Source: Candidatus Contendobacter sp. (lineage in GTDB: Bacteria; Pseudomonadota; Gammaproteobacteria; Competibacterales; Competibacteraceae). From it: a stretch of DNA of 64,000 nt. Made by a program: the position numbers and the translations under genes. Within the stretch, counting starts at the first letter, position 1, and every line of letters begins with the position of its first letter. The notes below the pieces were generated by a model. The model was not told the DNA's origin. It saw nothing but the letters and a program-made list of their open reading frames with translations, and made no database searches. Location of the stretch: NCBI GenBank assembly GCA_031732935.1, contig JAVMKH010000176.1:3913-67912 (forward strand), read 5' to 3'. Below, piece by piece: positions 38,885 to 47,440 of this stretch.

Positions 38885-40657
38885 TCACTTTTCCTTGAAG
38901 TAACCGGGGTGGTCGATCATCGCGGTGTGGTCGCCACGCACGATGGGTAGGTAGCGGGGTTTCCAGGATCGCGACCGGAGATAGGTATCGAGATCGCGCC
39001 CCGCCAAATCGGTCTTGCTGGCCACGCCTTCCTTCAGGGCCTGCTCGATTACCCGCGCCGCGACCCGGATGCTGACCTCGCGCAACTCGCGCACCGGCGG
39101 GTAAATTCGGCCGGATCGCAGATGCGCGGCGGCGGTGTAATCCGCCAGGGCGTAGGCCGCTTCCAAGACCATGCCGTCGGTAATCTCGCGACACTCGGCC
39201 AGAATCGCGCCGAAACCCAGGCCGGGGAAAATGAAGGCGTTATTGCCTTGCCCGATGGAATGCGTTTGTCCGTTTCGCTCCACATCCGGAAACGGGCTAC
39301 CGGTGGCAACCATGGCTCGGCCCTCGCTCCATTCCACGATGTCTTCCGGCAGCGCTTCGCAGGCCGAGGTTGGATTGGACAGGGGAAAAATGGCCGGCTG
39401 GGGGGTGTTGCGGGCCATGGCCTGCACCACGGGGTGGTTGAACGTGCCGGCTTGGCCGCTCAAGCCTAGTAGGGCGGTGGCCTTGGTGTGTTCGATGGTC
39501 TCCAGCAGGGTCGGAATCTCGTTGGCGATCTGCCAACCCGCGATCTTCTCGCGGGGTTGCACGAAATCCCGCTTATAGGCTTCGACGCTGCGCCCCTCCA
39601 CCAGCAGACCGCCGGAATCGAGCACGCAGACTCGGTCGCGGGCTTCCTCGCGGCTCAGCCCCTCGCGCATCAGCCCCTGGGTGATGGCCCAGGCCACGCC
39701 GATGCCGCCGGCGCCCGCGCCGAGGATGACGATGCGTTGGTCGCGCAGCGCCTCGCCCTTGAGTCGGCTGGCGGACAGCAGGCCAGCCAGCGCCACCGCG
39801 CCGGTGCCCTGAATGTCGTCATTGAAGGAGGGTAGCTGCTTGCGGTAGCGCTCCAGCACGGTGAAGGCCACGTCCTTGGACAGATCCTCCCACTGGATCA
39901 CGGCGCGCGGCCAGCGGTCGTGGATGGCCTTGACGAACTTGTCCAGAAACGCCAGATAACGCTCGCCGCGCAGCCGCCGTTGCCGTACCCCCAGATAAAA
40001 CTCGTCGTTGAGCAGTTCCAGCCGGTCGGTGCCCACGTCCAGCTTCACCGGCATGGTGTGGAAGGGGTCGACGCCACCGCCGATGGTGTAGATCGCCAGC
40101 TTGCCGATGGCGATGGCCAACCCGCCGTAGCCCTGATCGCCGATGCCGAGGATGGCCGAGGAATCGGTGGCGACGATCATCCGCACGTCGTTCCATGGGA
40201 AGTTGCGAACCACCCGGTCGGCGCGGTCGATGTTGAGCGGCGAGAACGACAGCCCGCGTGGGTTCTGGTAGAGATGGCTGAATTGCTGCACCGCCTGACC
40301 CACGGTCGGGGTGTAGATGATTGGCATCATCTCCTCGAGATGCTGCTCCAGCAGGGCGTAGAACAGCGTCTCGGCCCGTTCCTGCAAGGCGCGCAGATAC
40401 TGGTACTTGGCGATGGGGTCGGGCTCGCGCAAGAAGCCGCGATAGACTCGTTCGACTTGCTGTTCCAGCGTGTTGACCTGGGGTGGCAGCAGACCGTCCA
40501 GCCCCAGGGCCACCCGCTCATCCTCAGTGAACGCGGTGCCCTTGTTGCTGAGGACCAGCCGCAGCAGGGCGATGCCCTCCAGGTAGACCTCCATGTAGTC
40601 ACGGCCTTCGGCATCCTGTTTGATATCGAAATACGGGCTGATCGGTTCTCGTTTCAT
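38885..40657 (-). CDS. maeA: NAD-dependent malic enzyme
   Basis: NKGTAFT, GLLPP, PIIYTPTVG, TDSSAILGIGDQG, QWED, FNDDIQGTG, IFPLSNPT, QGNNAFIFPGLGFG. Confidence 0.95.
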   Translation of the reverse strand: MKREPISPYFDIKQDAEGRDYMEVYLEGIALLRLVLSNKGTAFTEDERVALGLDGLLPPQVNTLEQQVERVYRGFLREPDPIAKYQYLRALQERAETLFYALLEQHLEEMMPIIYTPTVGQAVQQFSHLYQNPRGLSFSPLNIDRADRVVRNFPWNDVRMIVATDSSAILGIGDQGYGGLAIAIGKLAIYTIGGGVDPFHTMPVKLDVGTDRLELLNDEFYLGVRQRRLRGERYLAFLDKFVKAIHDRWPRAVIQWEDLSKDVAFTVLERYRKQLPSFNDDIQGTGAVALAGLLSASRLKGEALRDQRIVILGAGAGGIGVAWAITQGLMREGLSREEARDRVCVLDSGGLLVEGRSVEAYKRDFVQPREKIAGWQIANEIPTLLETIEHTKATALLGLSGQAGTFNHPVVQAMARNTPQPAIFPLSNPTSACEALPEDIVEWSEGRAMVATGSPFPDVERNGQTHSIGQGNNAFIFPGLGFGAILAECREITDGMVLEAAYALADYTAAAHLRSGRIYPPVRELREVSIRVAARVIEQALKEGVASKTDLAGRDLDTYLRSRSWKPRYLPIVRGDHTAMIDHPGYFKEK

Positions 40658-40902
40658 TGCGTGACTTTGAGAGTGGGTGGAAATCGGACGCCGATCCGGT
40701 CAAAGGGGATAGCGCAAACGAACCATCATTTATGACAGCTATCGGTGGCAGGGTCAAACAGTACGACATCTTGCCCGGCAATTCTCAATGCGCTCGGGTT
40801 TTATCCGGTGGTCCTTCCCTCCAATCTCTTCTTTCCCAAAGGAAGAAGGTCGCCATGAAAATACCGACGTAAGCATTCAGACCTCCTCATCCCGCGCACG
40901 GC

Positions 40903-40980
40903 GATGGGTTTCGCTACGCTCAACCCATCCTACAACCCATTGCTTTTTCGTAGGATGGGTTGAGCGTAGCGAAACCCATC
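40903..40980. repeat. Second REPIN-like inverted REP pair
   Basis: GATGGGTTTCGCTACGCTCAACCCATCCTAC - 16 nt - GTAGGATGGGTTGAGCGTAGCGAAACCCATC; same family as 11265-11341. Confidence 0.9.
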
Positions 40981-41039
40981 GATGCAGGGCGAAATCACCC
41001 GGGGATCCGAACGGTTATACCAATTCTGAATAGGTTTTC

Positions 41040-41108
41040 GTCATTCCCGCGAATGCGGGAATCCAGGCAGCCGCTGAAAAACTGGATACCCGCTTTCGCG
41101 GGTATGAC
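41040..41108. repeat. Inverted pair of dRS3-like (ATTCCC-N8-GGGAAT) palindromic repeats
   Basis: GTCATTCCCGCGAATGCGGGAATCCAG (41040-41066) and inverted CTGGATACCCGCTTTCGCGGGTATGAC (41082-41108). Confidence 0.8.
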
Positions 41109-41268
41109 GAACAGTGTGGTTCTTGATCTGAAAAAGATAAAACCTATCGGAAAACGGTATTACATACCGACTTTCAGCGTCGGGGGCGACGCCGCCGACA
41201 TGACTGTTAGGGCGATGGAAGCCTCTTCGGTAAAATGCCGGGACTTTGACCAGATGGAGAAGAAGGGG

Positions 41269-41655
41269 ATGGCCAGTTTTCCGTTGCTTGCGATCATCGT
41301 TGCCGCCTACACCCTGTTGGCCCGGGTCGCGCCGAGTTGGCTGGATGCGGTGTTGTTTGACTTGCCGCTGCTGTCCGGGGCGACGCTGTCGTTCCAGGGC
41401 GGCGATCTGTTGCTGGTGATCGGCCTGTTTTTGTTGTGCGTCGAGATCTACCGCGCCACCAGTAGTTCCACGGGGGCGATTCTCAACCATGTCCTGTCGC
41501 TGGTGGTGTTCATCATCGCCCTGATCGAGTTGCTGGTCATGCGGCAGATGGCCAACATGACCTTCTTCCTGATCGTGCTGATGACCGTGAGCGACGTGAT
41601 CGCCGGCTTCACCGTGACCATCTCGACCGCCCGGCGTGACTTGCAGCGTCCCTGA
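41269..41655 (+). CDS. Conserved-looking small integral membrane protein (4 TMs), function unknown
   Basis: MASFPLLAIIVAAY...GDLLLVIGLFLLCVEIYRAT...NHVLSLVVFIIALIELL...DVIAGFTVTISTARRD; AGAAGGGG upstream. The longer track ORF start (40960) runs through repeats. Confidence 0.7.
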   Translation: MASFPLLAIIVAAYTLLARVAPSWLDAVLFDLPLLSGATLSFQGGDLLLVIGLFLLCVEIYRATSSSTGAILNHVLSLVVFIIALIELLVMRQMANMTFFLIVLMTVSDVIAGFTVTISTARRDLQRP

Positions 41656-41691
41656 GCGGCGATCCGACGCTAGCGAATTCCTGCCTTCCTT

Positions 41692-42663
41692 ATGCCCACG
41701 TCCGAATTTTCCCTGATCGACCGCTATTTCGCCGCCCATGGCCCGCACCGGCCCGACGTGGCGCTGGGCATCGGCGATGATTGCGCGCTGCTGATCCCTC
41801 CCACCGGCCAGCAGTTGGTGGTGACGATGGATACCCTGGTGTCGGGCGTGCATTTTTTCGCTCATGCCGACCCGGAAGGTCTTGGGCATAAGGCGTTGGC
41901 GGTGAATCTGAGCGATCTGGCGGCGATGGGCGCGACGCCGGCCTGGACCACGCTGGCGTTGACCTTGCCCAAGGCGGACGAGGATTGGCTGGAACGATTT
42001 TGCCGGGGCCTGTTCGCGCTGGCGGATCGTTACGGTGTGCAACTGGTCGGCGGCGACACCACCCATGGACCGACCACGGTCATCACCATCCAGGCGCACG
42101 GCTGGGTTCCGCCGGGTTTGGCGCTGCGCCGCGACGGCGCGCGTCCGGGCGATGGGATTTACGTCACCGGCACGCCGGGCGACGCCGGGCTGGCGCTGGC
42201 GGCGGCGTATGGCAGGGCGGCGGTCGTCCCCGAAGGTTGGGCTTATATCCAGCAACGGTTGGAACGGCCGGAGCCGCGCCTGGTCGAGGGCATCGCCTTG
42301 CGCGGCGTCGCCAGCGCCGCCATCGACATCTCCGATGGGTTGGCGCAGGACCTCGGCCATATTCTGGAACGGAGCGGCGTTGGCGCGCGGATGGAAGTGG
42401 ACCGCTTGCCGCTGTCGCCCGCGTTGCGGGCCAGCCTCGACCCGGACGCCGCCCTTGTGACCGCCCTGGCCAGCGGTGATGACTACGAATTGTGCTTCAC
42501 CGTTCCGCCAGAGCGGGTGGCGTGGCTGGAGAATGTGGCGGCGGGTTGGGAGTGTCGCTGCACCCGGATTGGCGTCATCACGGCGGAGCCGAGCTTGCGA
42601 CTGGTTCGCGCCGACAGATCCGCCTTTCATTTACAACGACTGGGTTACGACCACTTCGGTTGA
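41692..42663 (+). CDS. thiL: Thiamine-monophosphate kinase
   Basis: EFSLIDRYF, GIGDDCALL, DTLVSGVHF, AVNLSDLAAMGA, GGDT, AIDISDGL, SGDDYELCFT. Confidence 0.97.
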   Translation: MPTSEFSLIDRYFAAHGPHRPDVALGIGDDCALLIPPTGQQLVVTMDTLVSGVHFFAHADPEGLGHKALAVNLSDLAAMGATPAWTTLALTLPKADEDWLERFCRGLFALADRYGVQLVGGDTTHGPTTVITIQAHGWVPPGLALRRDGARPGDGIYVTGTPGDAGLALAAAYGRAAVVPEGWAYIQQRLERPEPRLVEGIALRGVASAAIDISDGLAQDLGHILERSGVGARMEVDRLPLSPALRASLDPDAALVTALASGDDYELCFTVPPERVAWLENVAAGWECRCTRIGVITAEPSLRLVRADRSAFHLQRLGYDHFG

Positions 42664-42670
42664 GTGACTG

Positions 42671-43948
42671 ATGATCATGCCTTCCAACGCTCCCCGGCGC
42701 TCCGGCCGCGACATCCTGCGCATTTTCCTGAGCGGCCGGATGTTGACCGCCCTGCTAATGGGCTTTTCCTCCGGGTTGCCGTTGTTGCTAGCGACAGGGT
42801 CGGTATTGCAGGCGTGGTTGGAAAAAGCCGGAGCCAATCTGGGCACCATCGGCCTGTTTGCGCTGGTGGGGCTGCCGTACACGCTGAAATTTCTGTGGGC
42901 GCCGCTGTTGGACCGGTTCGCGCCGATCACTGGCATGGGCCGGCGGCGCGGTTGGTTGTTGCTCATTCAGTTGACGTTGATGGCCGCCATCGCGGGGTTG
43001 GGATTTACCGATCCAACCCGTAATTTGTCGCTGGTCGCGCTGGCGGCGCTGTTGGCCGCGTTCTTCTCCGCCTCGCAGGACATCGTGATTGACGCCTACC
43101 GCCGCGAGTCGCTGGCCGACGAGGAGCAGGGTCTGGGCGCCTCGCTGTACGTCAACGGCTATCGGATCGGGTTGCTGCTGTCCTCGGGCGGCGGGTTGAT
43201 CCTAGCCTACTCCATTCCCTTTTCCGCCGTGTACTGGGTGATGGCGGCGGCGATGCTGCCCGGCCTGATCACCACCCTGTTCTGCGCCGAACCGGACGTG
43301 CCGGTGGGGACGCCTCGCACCCTGCGCGACGCGGTGGTCCAGCCGTTCGTCGAGTATTTCTCGCGCCAGGACGCCGTGCTGATTCTCTTGTTCGTGTTGC
43401 TGTACAAGGTCGGCGAGATGATGGCCAGCCAGATGTCGACGCCGTTCTATTTGAAACTGGGTTTCAGCACAAGTGAGATCGGCTACATCGTCAAGCTGTT
43501 CGGGTTCTGGGCCACGGTGATCGGCGGGTTACTCGGCGGGGTGCTAATGCTGCGGCTGGGCCTGTACCGCGCGCTGTGGACCTTTGGCGTGTTGCAGGCT
43601 ATCGGCTTGATCGGCTTCGTCATCCTGGCCCGGCTTGGGCACAGCCTGCCGGGGCTGGCGCTGGCCATCACCAGCGAGAACCTGTTCAGCGGCATGGCGA
43701 CCACCGCTTACGTGGCGTTCATGGCGACGCTCACCAACAAGAAATTCACCGCCACCCAGTACGCCTTGCTCAGCAGCCTGATGGGTATTCCCCGGGTGGT
43801 GGTCAACGCTCCGACCGGCTATCTGGCCGAATGGCTGGGCTGGGAAGGGTTTTTCCTGTTCTGCATGGCGTCCACCGTGCCGGGCTTGTGGTTGCTGACC
43901 CGGTTCCGGGGCTGGATGGAGGCGGAACCCGCCGCGCCGCGTGGCTGA
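42671..43948 (+). CDS. ampG: AmpG-family muropeptide MFS permease
   Basis: MGFSSGLPLLL, PYTLKFLWAPLLD, GRRRGW, ASQDIVIDAYR, ATQYALLSS. Confidence 0.93.
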   Translation: MIMPSNAPRRSGRDILRIFLSGRMLTALLMGFSSGLPLLLATGSVLQAWLEKAGANLGTIGLFALVGLPYTLKFLWAPLLDRFAPITGMGRRRGWLLLIQLTLMAAIAGLGFTDPTRNLSLVALAALLAAFFSASQDIVIDAYRRESLADEEQGLGASLYVNGYRIGLLLSSGGGLILAYSIPFSAVYWVMAAAMLPGLITTLFCAEPDVPVGTPRTLRDAVVQPFVEYFSRQDAVLILLFVLLYKVGEMMASQMSTPFYLKLGFSTSEIGYIVKLFGFWATVIGGLLGGVLMLRLGLYRALWTFGVLQAIGLIGFVILARLGHSLPGLALAITSENLFSGMATTAYVAFMATLTNKKFTATQYALLSSLMGIPRVVVNAPTGYLAEWLGWEGFFLFCMASTVPGLWLLTRFRGWMEAEPAAPRG

Positions 43949-43949
43949 T

Positions 43950-46397
43950 TCAGGTCAGCCGCAAGGTGGCGATCATCACCCCGTGATCCTCCGGGCAGGA
44001 CTTGACGGTAAAGCCCATCGCCCGGCACAGCGCCAACATCGGCTGGTTGTCGGCCAGGATTTCCCCGAACAACTCGCGGATGCCTTGATCGCGGGCGTAA
44101 CTCATCAATCGGCGCAACAGCAGGCTGCTCAACCCCATGCCGACGGCGTCCCGGGTCAGGATGATGGCGAACTCGGCGTGTTCCCCGTCAGGATCGCCGA
44201 CCAGTCGCGCCACGCCGCAACCTTCCGGCGCTTGTCCCGGCCGCTGTCGCAAGACGCCCAGCGCCATTTCCCGGTCGTAGTCGATCTGGGTGAGGCGGGC
44301 CAGGTCGGCATGGGTCAATTCCTTGACGGTGTGCATGAAGCGCAGCCGAATCTCCTCCGGCGACAGCCGGGCGAAGCCGGCGACGAAGACCGGCTCGTCT
44401 TCCGGGCGCACCGGCCGGATCAGCAGGGCGCCGCCATCCGGCAGCGGCACGGTTTCCTCCAGTTCGCGCGGATAGGGCCGGATCGCCAGACGCCGATGGG
44501 CCGGTCCCGCGAACGCAGCGACGCCGATCCGCGCGCCGCCCACCACGACGCGGTCGGCCACGGCGAAAAGAGGCGCCAATTCCAGTTCGACCACCTCGCC
44601 CAGATCGGCGATCAGTTGCGCCACCTTGGCCAGCGTCAGGGCAAGATCATCCAGCGCACTTTCGGTAACGCCCGCGTCTGGCGGATGTTGTCCCATCCAG
44701 CCGTGCCGAATCGCTTCCCGCGCTAGCACCGGATTGAGCGGCGGCAAGGCGATGGCGTATTCGTCGGAAGCCGCTGCTCCGTCCGGCCCAAACCGCAACG
44801 CGGGGCCGAAGGCTGGATCATGGACCATGCGAATGGACCCTATTGGCGCTCCGGGTGGGGCAGGGGACGCGGAAGTCTCTCCATCCGGCGCCAGCGGGAT
44901 GCCATGGGCGGTCAGGAGGGTCCGGGTTTCCGCTCCGGTCAACGGGTTCCGACCCTCGGCCAGCGCGACTTGGATCAAGCGTCGCGCGGCGGGGAGATCG
45001 GCGCTGAATAGCTCTGGCCAGTTCGGTGGCGTTTCCATCAGCGCCTTTTGGGTGCATCGATGGCGCCAGCGCCGCAGGAAGGCGCGGATCGCGTCGTCGG
45101 GGGTGTCGTAACTAGGAATGCCCTGGGCCTGGAACCGCTGCCGGGCCTCGCGAACGCTGTCCGCGCCCAGCCAGCAGGCCAGCACGTTGGCGCGCGCGCC
45201 GGGGGGAGGGTGGGCGATGGCCTCGATCACCGCGTCGGCGGCAGCGGTGGCCGAAATCAACGCACTGGGCGCGTGCAACGTCAGCAGGCCATCGACTTCC
45301 GGTGCTTGCAACAGAACGGTCACGGCGGCGGAAAACCGGGCGGGATCGGCGTCCAGGCCCAGATCGAGTGGATTGGCGGGCGCGACGCCGGGCGGCAGAA
45401 GGTCCGCCAGGGCTGCCTGGGTCGCGGAGCTCCATGGGGCCAGCCGACCGCCTTCGGCCAGCAGCGCGTCGGCGGCCAGCAAACCCAGCCCCCGGCCGTT
45501 GCCGAGAATCGCCAGCCGGTCGCCGGTCACTGGCAAATCGAGTTCCAGGGTTTCGGCGGTGTCGAGTAGCTCCCGCAACGAGGGGACCCGCAATATCCCC
45601 ACGCGCCGGAACGCGGCGGCGTAAATGGCGTCGGTCTGACGAGAGGACGCATCGCCACCCCGACCGAGGCGCACCGCCAGCACCGGCTTGATCCGCGCCG
45701 CCGCCCGCGCCGCCGACAGAAACTTGCGGGCGGTCGCCACCTCTGCCGGCAAGGGCGCGGAGAATGTTTCTAGCACCAGCAGAATGACGCGGGTGTCGGG
45801 GTCGTGGCTCAACCCGTCCAGCACTTCGTCGTAGTTCAGATCATCGCCGTCGCCCAGGGCAAGGATACTGGAGAAGCCGATATCCCGAGCGGTGGCCCAT
45901 TCCAGGATCGGCGTCAACACCGATCCCTCGGGCGCGATCAAGGCCAGGTGGCCGGGGCGGGGAAAAATCGGGCTGAACGAGGCGTTCAGGCCCCAGCGTG
46001 GCGCAATGACGCCGAAACTACCTGGCCCCAGCAAGCGCAAACCCCGCCCGCGGGCCATCTCGCGCCAGGTTCGCGCCTCGTCGCGGGAACTAGCGGTGGT
46101 GGCGATGAGGGCGATTCGAGCGCCTTGCTGGCCCAGCATGGTCAGCAGTTCGGGAACGCCGGGCGGCGGCGTGGCGATGACCGCCAGTTCCGGGGCGCGC
46201 GGCAGATCGGCCAGGCGCTGGTGGGCCGGCATGTCATGCACGCGCGAGTGACGACGGTTGACCAGGAACAGGTCGCCCTTGAATCCGCCAGCCAACAGAT
46301 TGCGGGTCAACGCCGCGCCGATGGAGCCGGGTCGCTCGCTGGCGCCGATTAGCGCGATGGAAGCGGGGTTGAACAGATACCGCGAGAGGGTAGGCAT
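43950..46397 (-). CDS. Pat/Pka-like acetate-CoA-ligase-family protein with C-terminal GNAT (protein lysine acetyltransferase-like); shortened ATP-grasp region
   Basis: FNPASIALIGASERPGSIG, PELAVIATP, RLLGP, YAAAFRRVG, GNGRGLG, NPLDL; C-terminal IRPVRPEDE, LTQIDYDREMA, AEFAII, GEILADNQPMLALC. Confidence 0.88.
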   Translation of the reverse strand: MPTLSRYLFNPASIALIGASERPGSIGAALTRNLLAGGFKGDLFLVNRRHSRVHDMPAHQRLADLPRAPELAVIATPPPGVPELLTMLGQQGARIALIATTASSRDEARTWREMARGRGLRLLGPGSFGVIAPRWGLNASFSPIFPRPGHLALIAPEGSVLTPILEWATARDIGFSSILALGDGDDLNYDEVLDGLSHDPDTRVILLVLETFSAPLPAEVATARKFLSAARAAARIKPVLAVRLGRGGDASSRQTDAIYAAAFRRVGILRVPSLRELLDTAETLELDLPVTGDRLAILGNGRGLGLLAADALLAEGGRLAPWSSATQAALADLLPPGVAPANPLDLGLDADPARFSAAVTVLLQAPEVDGLLTLHAPSALISATAAADAVIEAIAHPPPGARANVLACWLGADSVREARQRFQAQGIPSYDTPDDAIRAFLRRWRHRCTQKALMETPPNWPELFSADLPAARRLIQVALAEGRNPLTGAETRTLLTAHGIPLAPDGETSASPAPPGAPIGSIRMVHDPAFGPALRFGPDGAAASDEYAIALPPLNPVLAREAIRHGWMGQHPPDAGVTESALDDLALTLAKVAQLIADLGEVVELELAPLFAVADRVVVGGARIGVAAFAGPAHRRLAIRPYPRELEETVPLPDGGALLIRPVRPEDEPVFVAGFARLSPEEIRLRFMHTVKELTHADLARLTQIDYDREMALGVLRQRPGQAPEGCGVARLVGDPDGEHAEFAIILTRDAVGMGLSSLLLRRLMSYARDQGIRELFGEILADNQPMLALCRAMGFTVKSCPEDHGVMIATLRLT

Positions 46398-46508
46398 GGC
46401 CGTCACTCCTGACCGGAACGGCTCAGGATATACGGCGCGGCGAGAGGGAATGCAATGGGCGCGATGGCCAGCCTGGGCAATCGCGGGTCGGCCTATGATT
46501 ATCAGGAT

Positions 46509-46721
46509 AATCTGGTCGCCAAACCAGAACGCTGTTGTCGTCCCTACTCGGCAAGCGTGTTCCCATTCCGCTTTGCTCGGCAGCCGAAAGCCGCTAGTGG
46601 GGACTAGTTCATTCAACCGTTCGATGAGGCGCTGGGCGTCGTCCCAGCTCGCGCTCTCGACTGGCCAGTCTTCGCCCTTGAATCGGCTTGGATTGTCGCC
46701 CAGTACCGCCCGCCACAGTGC
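46509..46721 (-). pseudogene. FGE-sulfatase domain fragment (central part)
   Basis: Manual translation ALWRAVLGDNPSRFKGEDWPVESASWDDAQRLIERLNELVPTSGFRLPSKAEWEHACRVGTTTAFWFGDQI, preceded by an in-frame TAG and with no start. Confidence 0.8.
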
Positions 46722-46724
46722 CTA

Positions 46725-46934
46725 GTAGTCATCAAGTTGAAGTTGCTGCATAAATCGCTCGACGCTACTTTGTGGGAGGGGCTGGCGCAAACCGTCTATT
46801 ATCTGGACCGCACCGGCGCCGGCGAAGGTCATTTGCTGATTTTCGACCGCAGTCCTGGCGTGCCGTGGGAACGGAAAATTTTCCAGCGCGAGGAGTCGCA
46901 CGGCTCTTACCGAATTTGGGTGTGGGGAATGTAG
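46725..46934 (+). pseudogene. C-terminal fragment of an AAA-ATPase/PD-(D/E)xK-type protein
   Basis: VVIKLKLLHKSL...EGLAQT..YLDRTGAGEGHLLIFDR...WERKIF...IWVWGM resembles a recurrent C-terminal nuclease-like tail; no N-terminal part is present. Confidence 0.6.
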
Positions 46935-46946
46935 GGGCGAGATACC

Positions 46947-47260
46947 CTACCCACCGCGCCGGGCCTGACCGCCGCCGCTCCGCGTCGTCTGTCCGGCCCG
47001 GCTCGCGCCAATCCCCGCTCTCGCCTCCGGCTCGCTTGGCCGGCTCGTTTGACCTCGGGCCAGGCGGAAGCCGCGGTAGGCGAGGCGGTTGCCGGGAACG
47101 TCGGCGTTGCGGTCGGCCGAACGCGCGCCCCCGCCGAGGTCGAACCAGCCACCGCCGCGCAGCACGCGCAGCCCGCCCTCAGCGGGACCCGTGGGGTCTA
47201 TCATCGTTGCCGATGGATAAACGCCGTACCAGTCCTGGCACCATTTCCAGAGATTACATT
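46947..47260 (-). pseudogene. FGE-sulfatase domain fragment (C-terminal part)
   Basis: CNLWKWCQDWYGVYP..MIDPTGPAEGGLRVLRGGGWF..ARSADRN..PGNR..GFRLARG, preceded by an in-frame TAA. Confidence 0.8.
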
Positions 47261-47440
47261 TTTAGTCATTGTTAGCTTAAAATTGACTACGCCGGATGCG
47301 AACCGTCCAGCGCAAGGGGGTTGCAGATTTCATCCCTTGCCTGCTCGGCGTGAAGCGCCCCTCAACCAGCGGATGCGGCCGATTGTGGGCGGAGAAGCTT
47401 ATGGCTCATCCGTCGCTTTGTTATCTTTAAAGAGGCTAAA

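Noticed and set aside
40660-40880. Possible riboswitch upstream of maeA (GGCAGGGTCAAAC resembles part of c-di-GMP-I)
   Set aside because: The remaining conserved stems and GAAA tetraloop/receptor could not be found.
40960-41268. N-terminal extension of the membrane-protein ORF and ORF 40788..41033
   Set aside because: These translate through REP/dRS3-like repeats; the RBS-supported start is 41269.
47359-47426. Imperfect hairpin (AAC..GCGGATG / CATCCG..GTT) resembling an integron attC site before the AT-rich cassette
   Set aside because: The ends do not match RYYYAAC/GTTRRRY, the spacer lengths are wrong, there is no second site after the cassette and no integrase is present. An IntegronFinder run would settle it.
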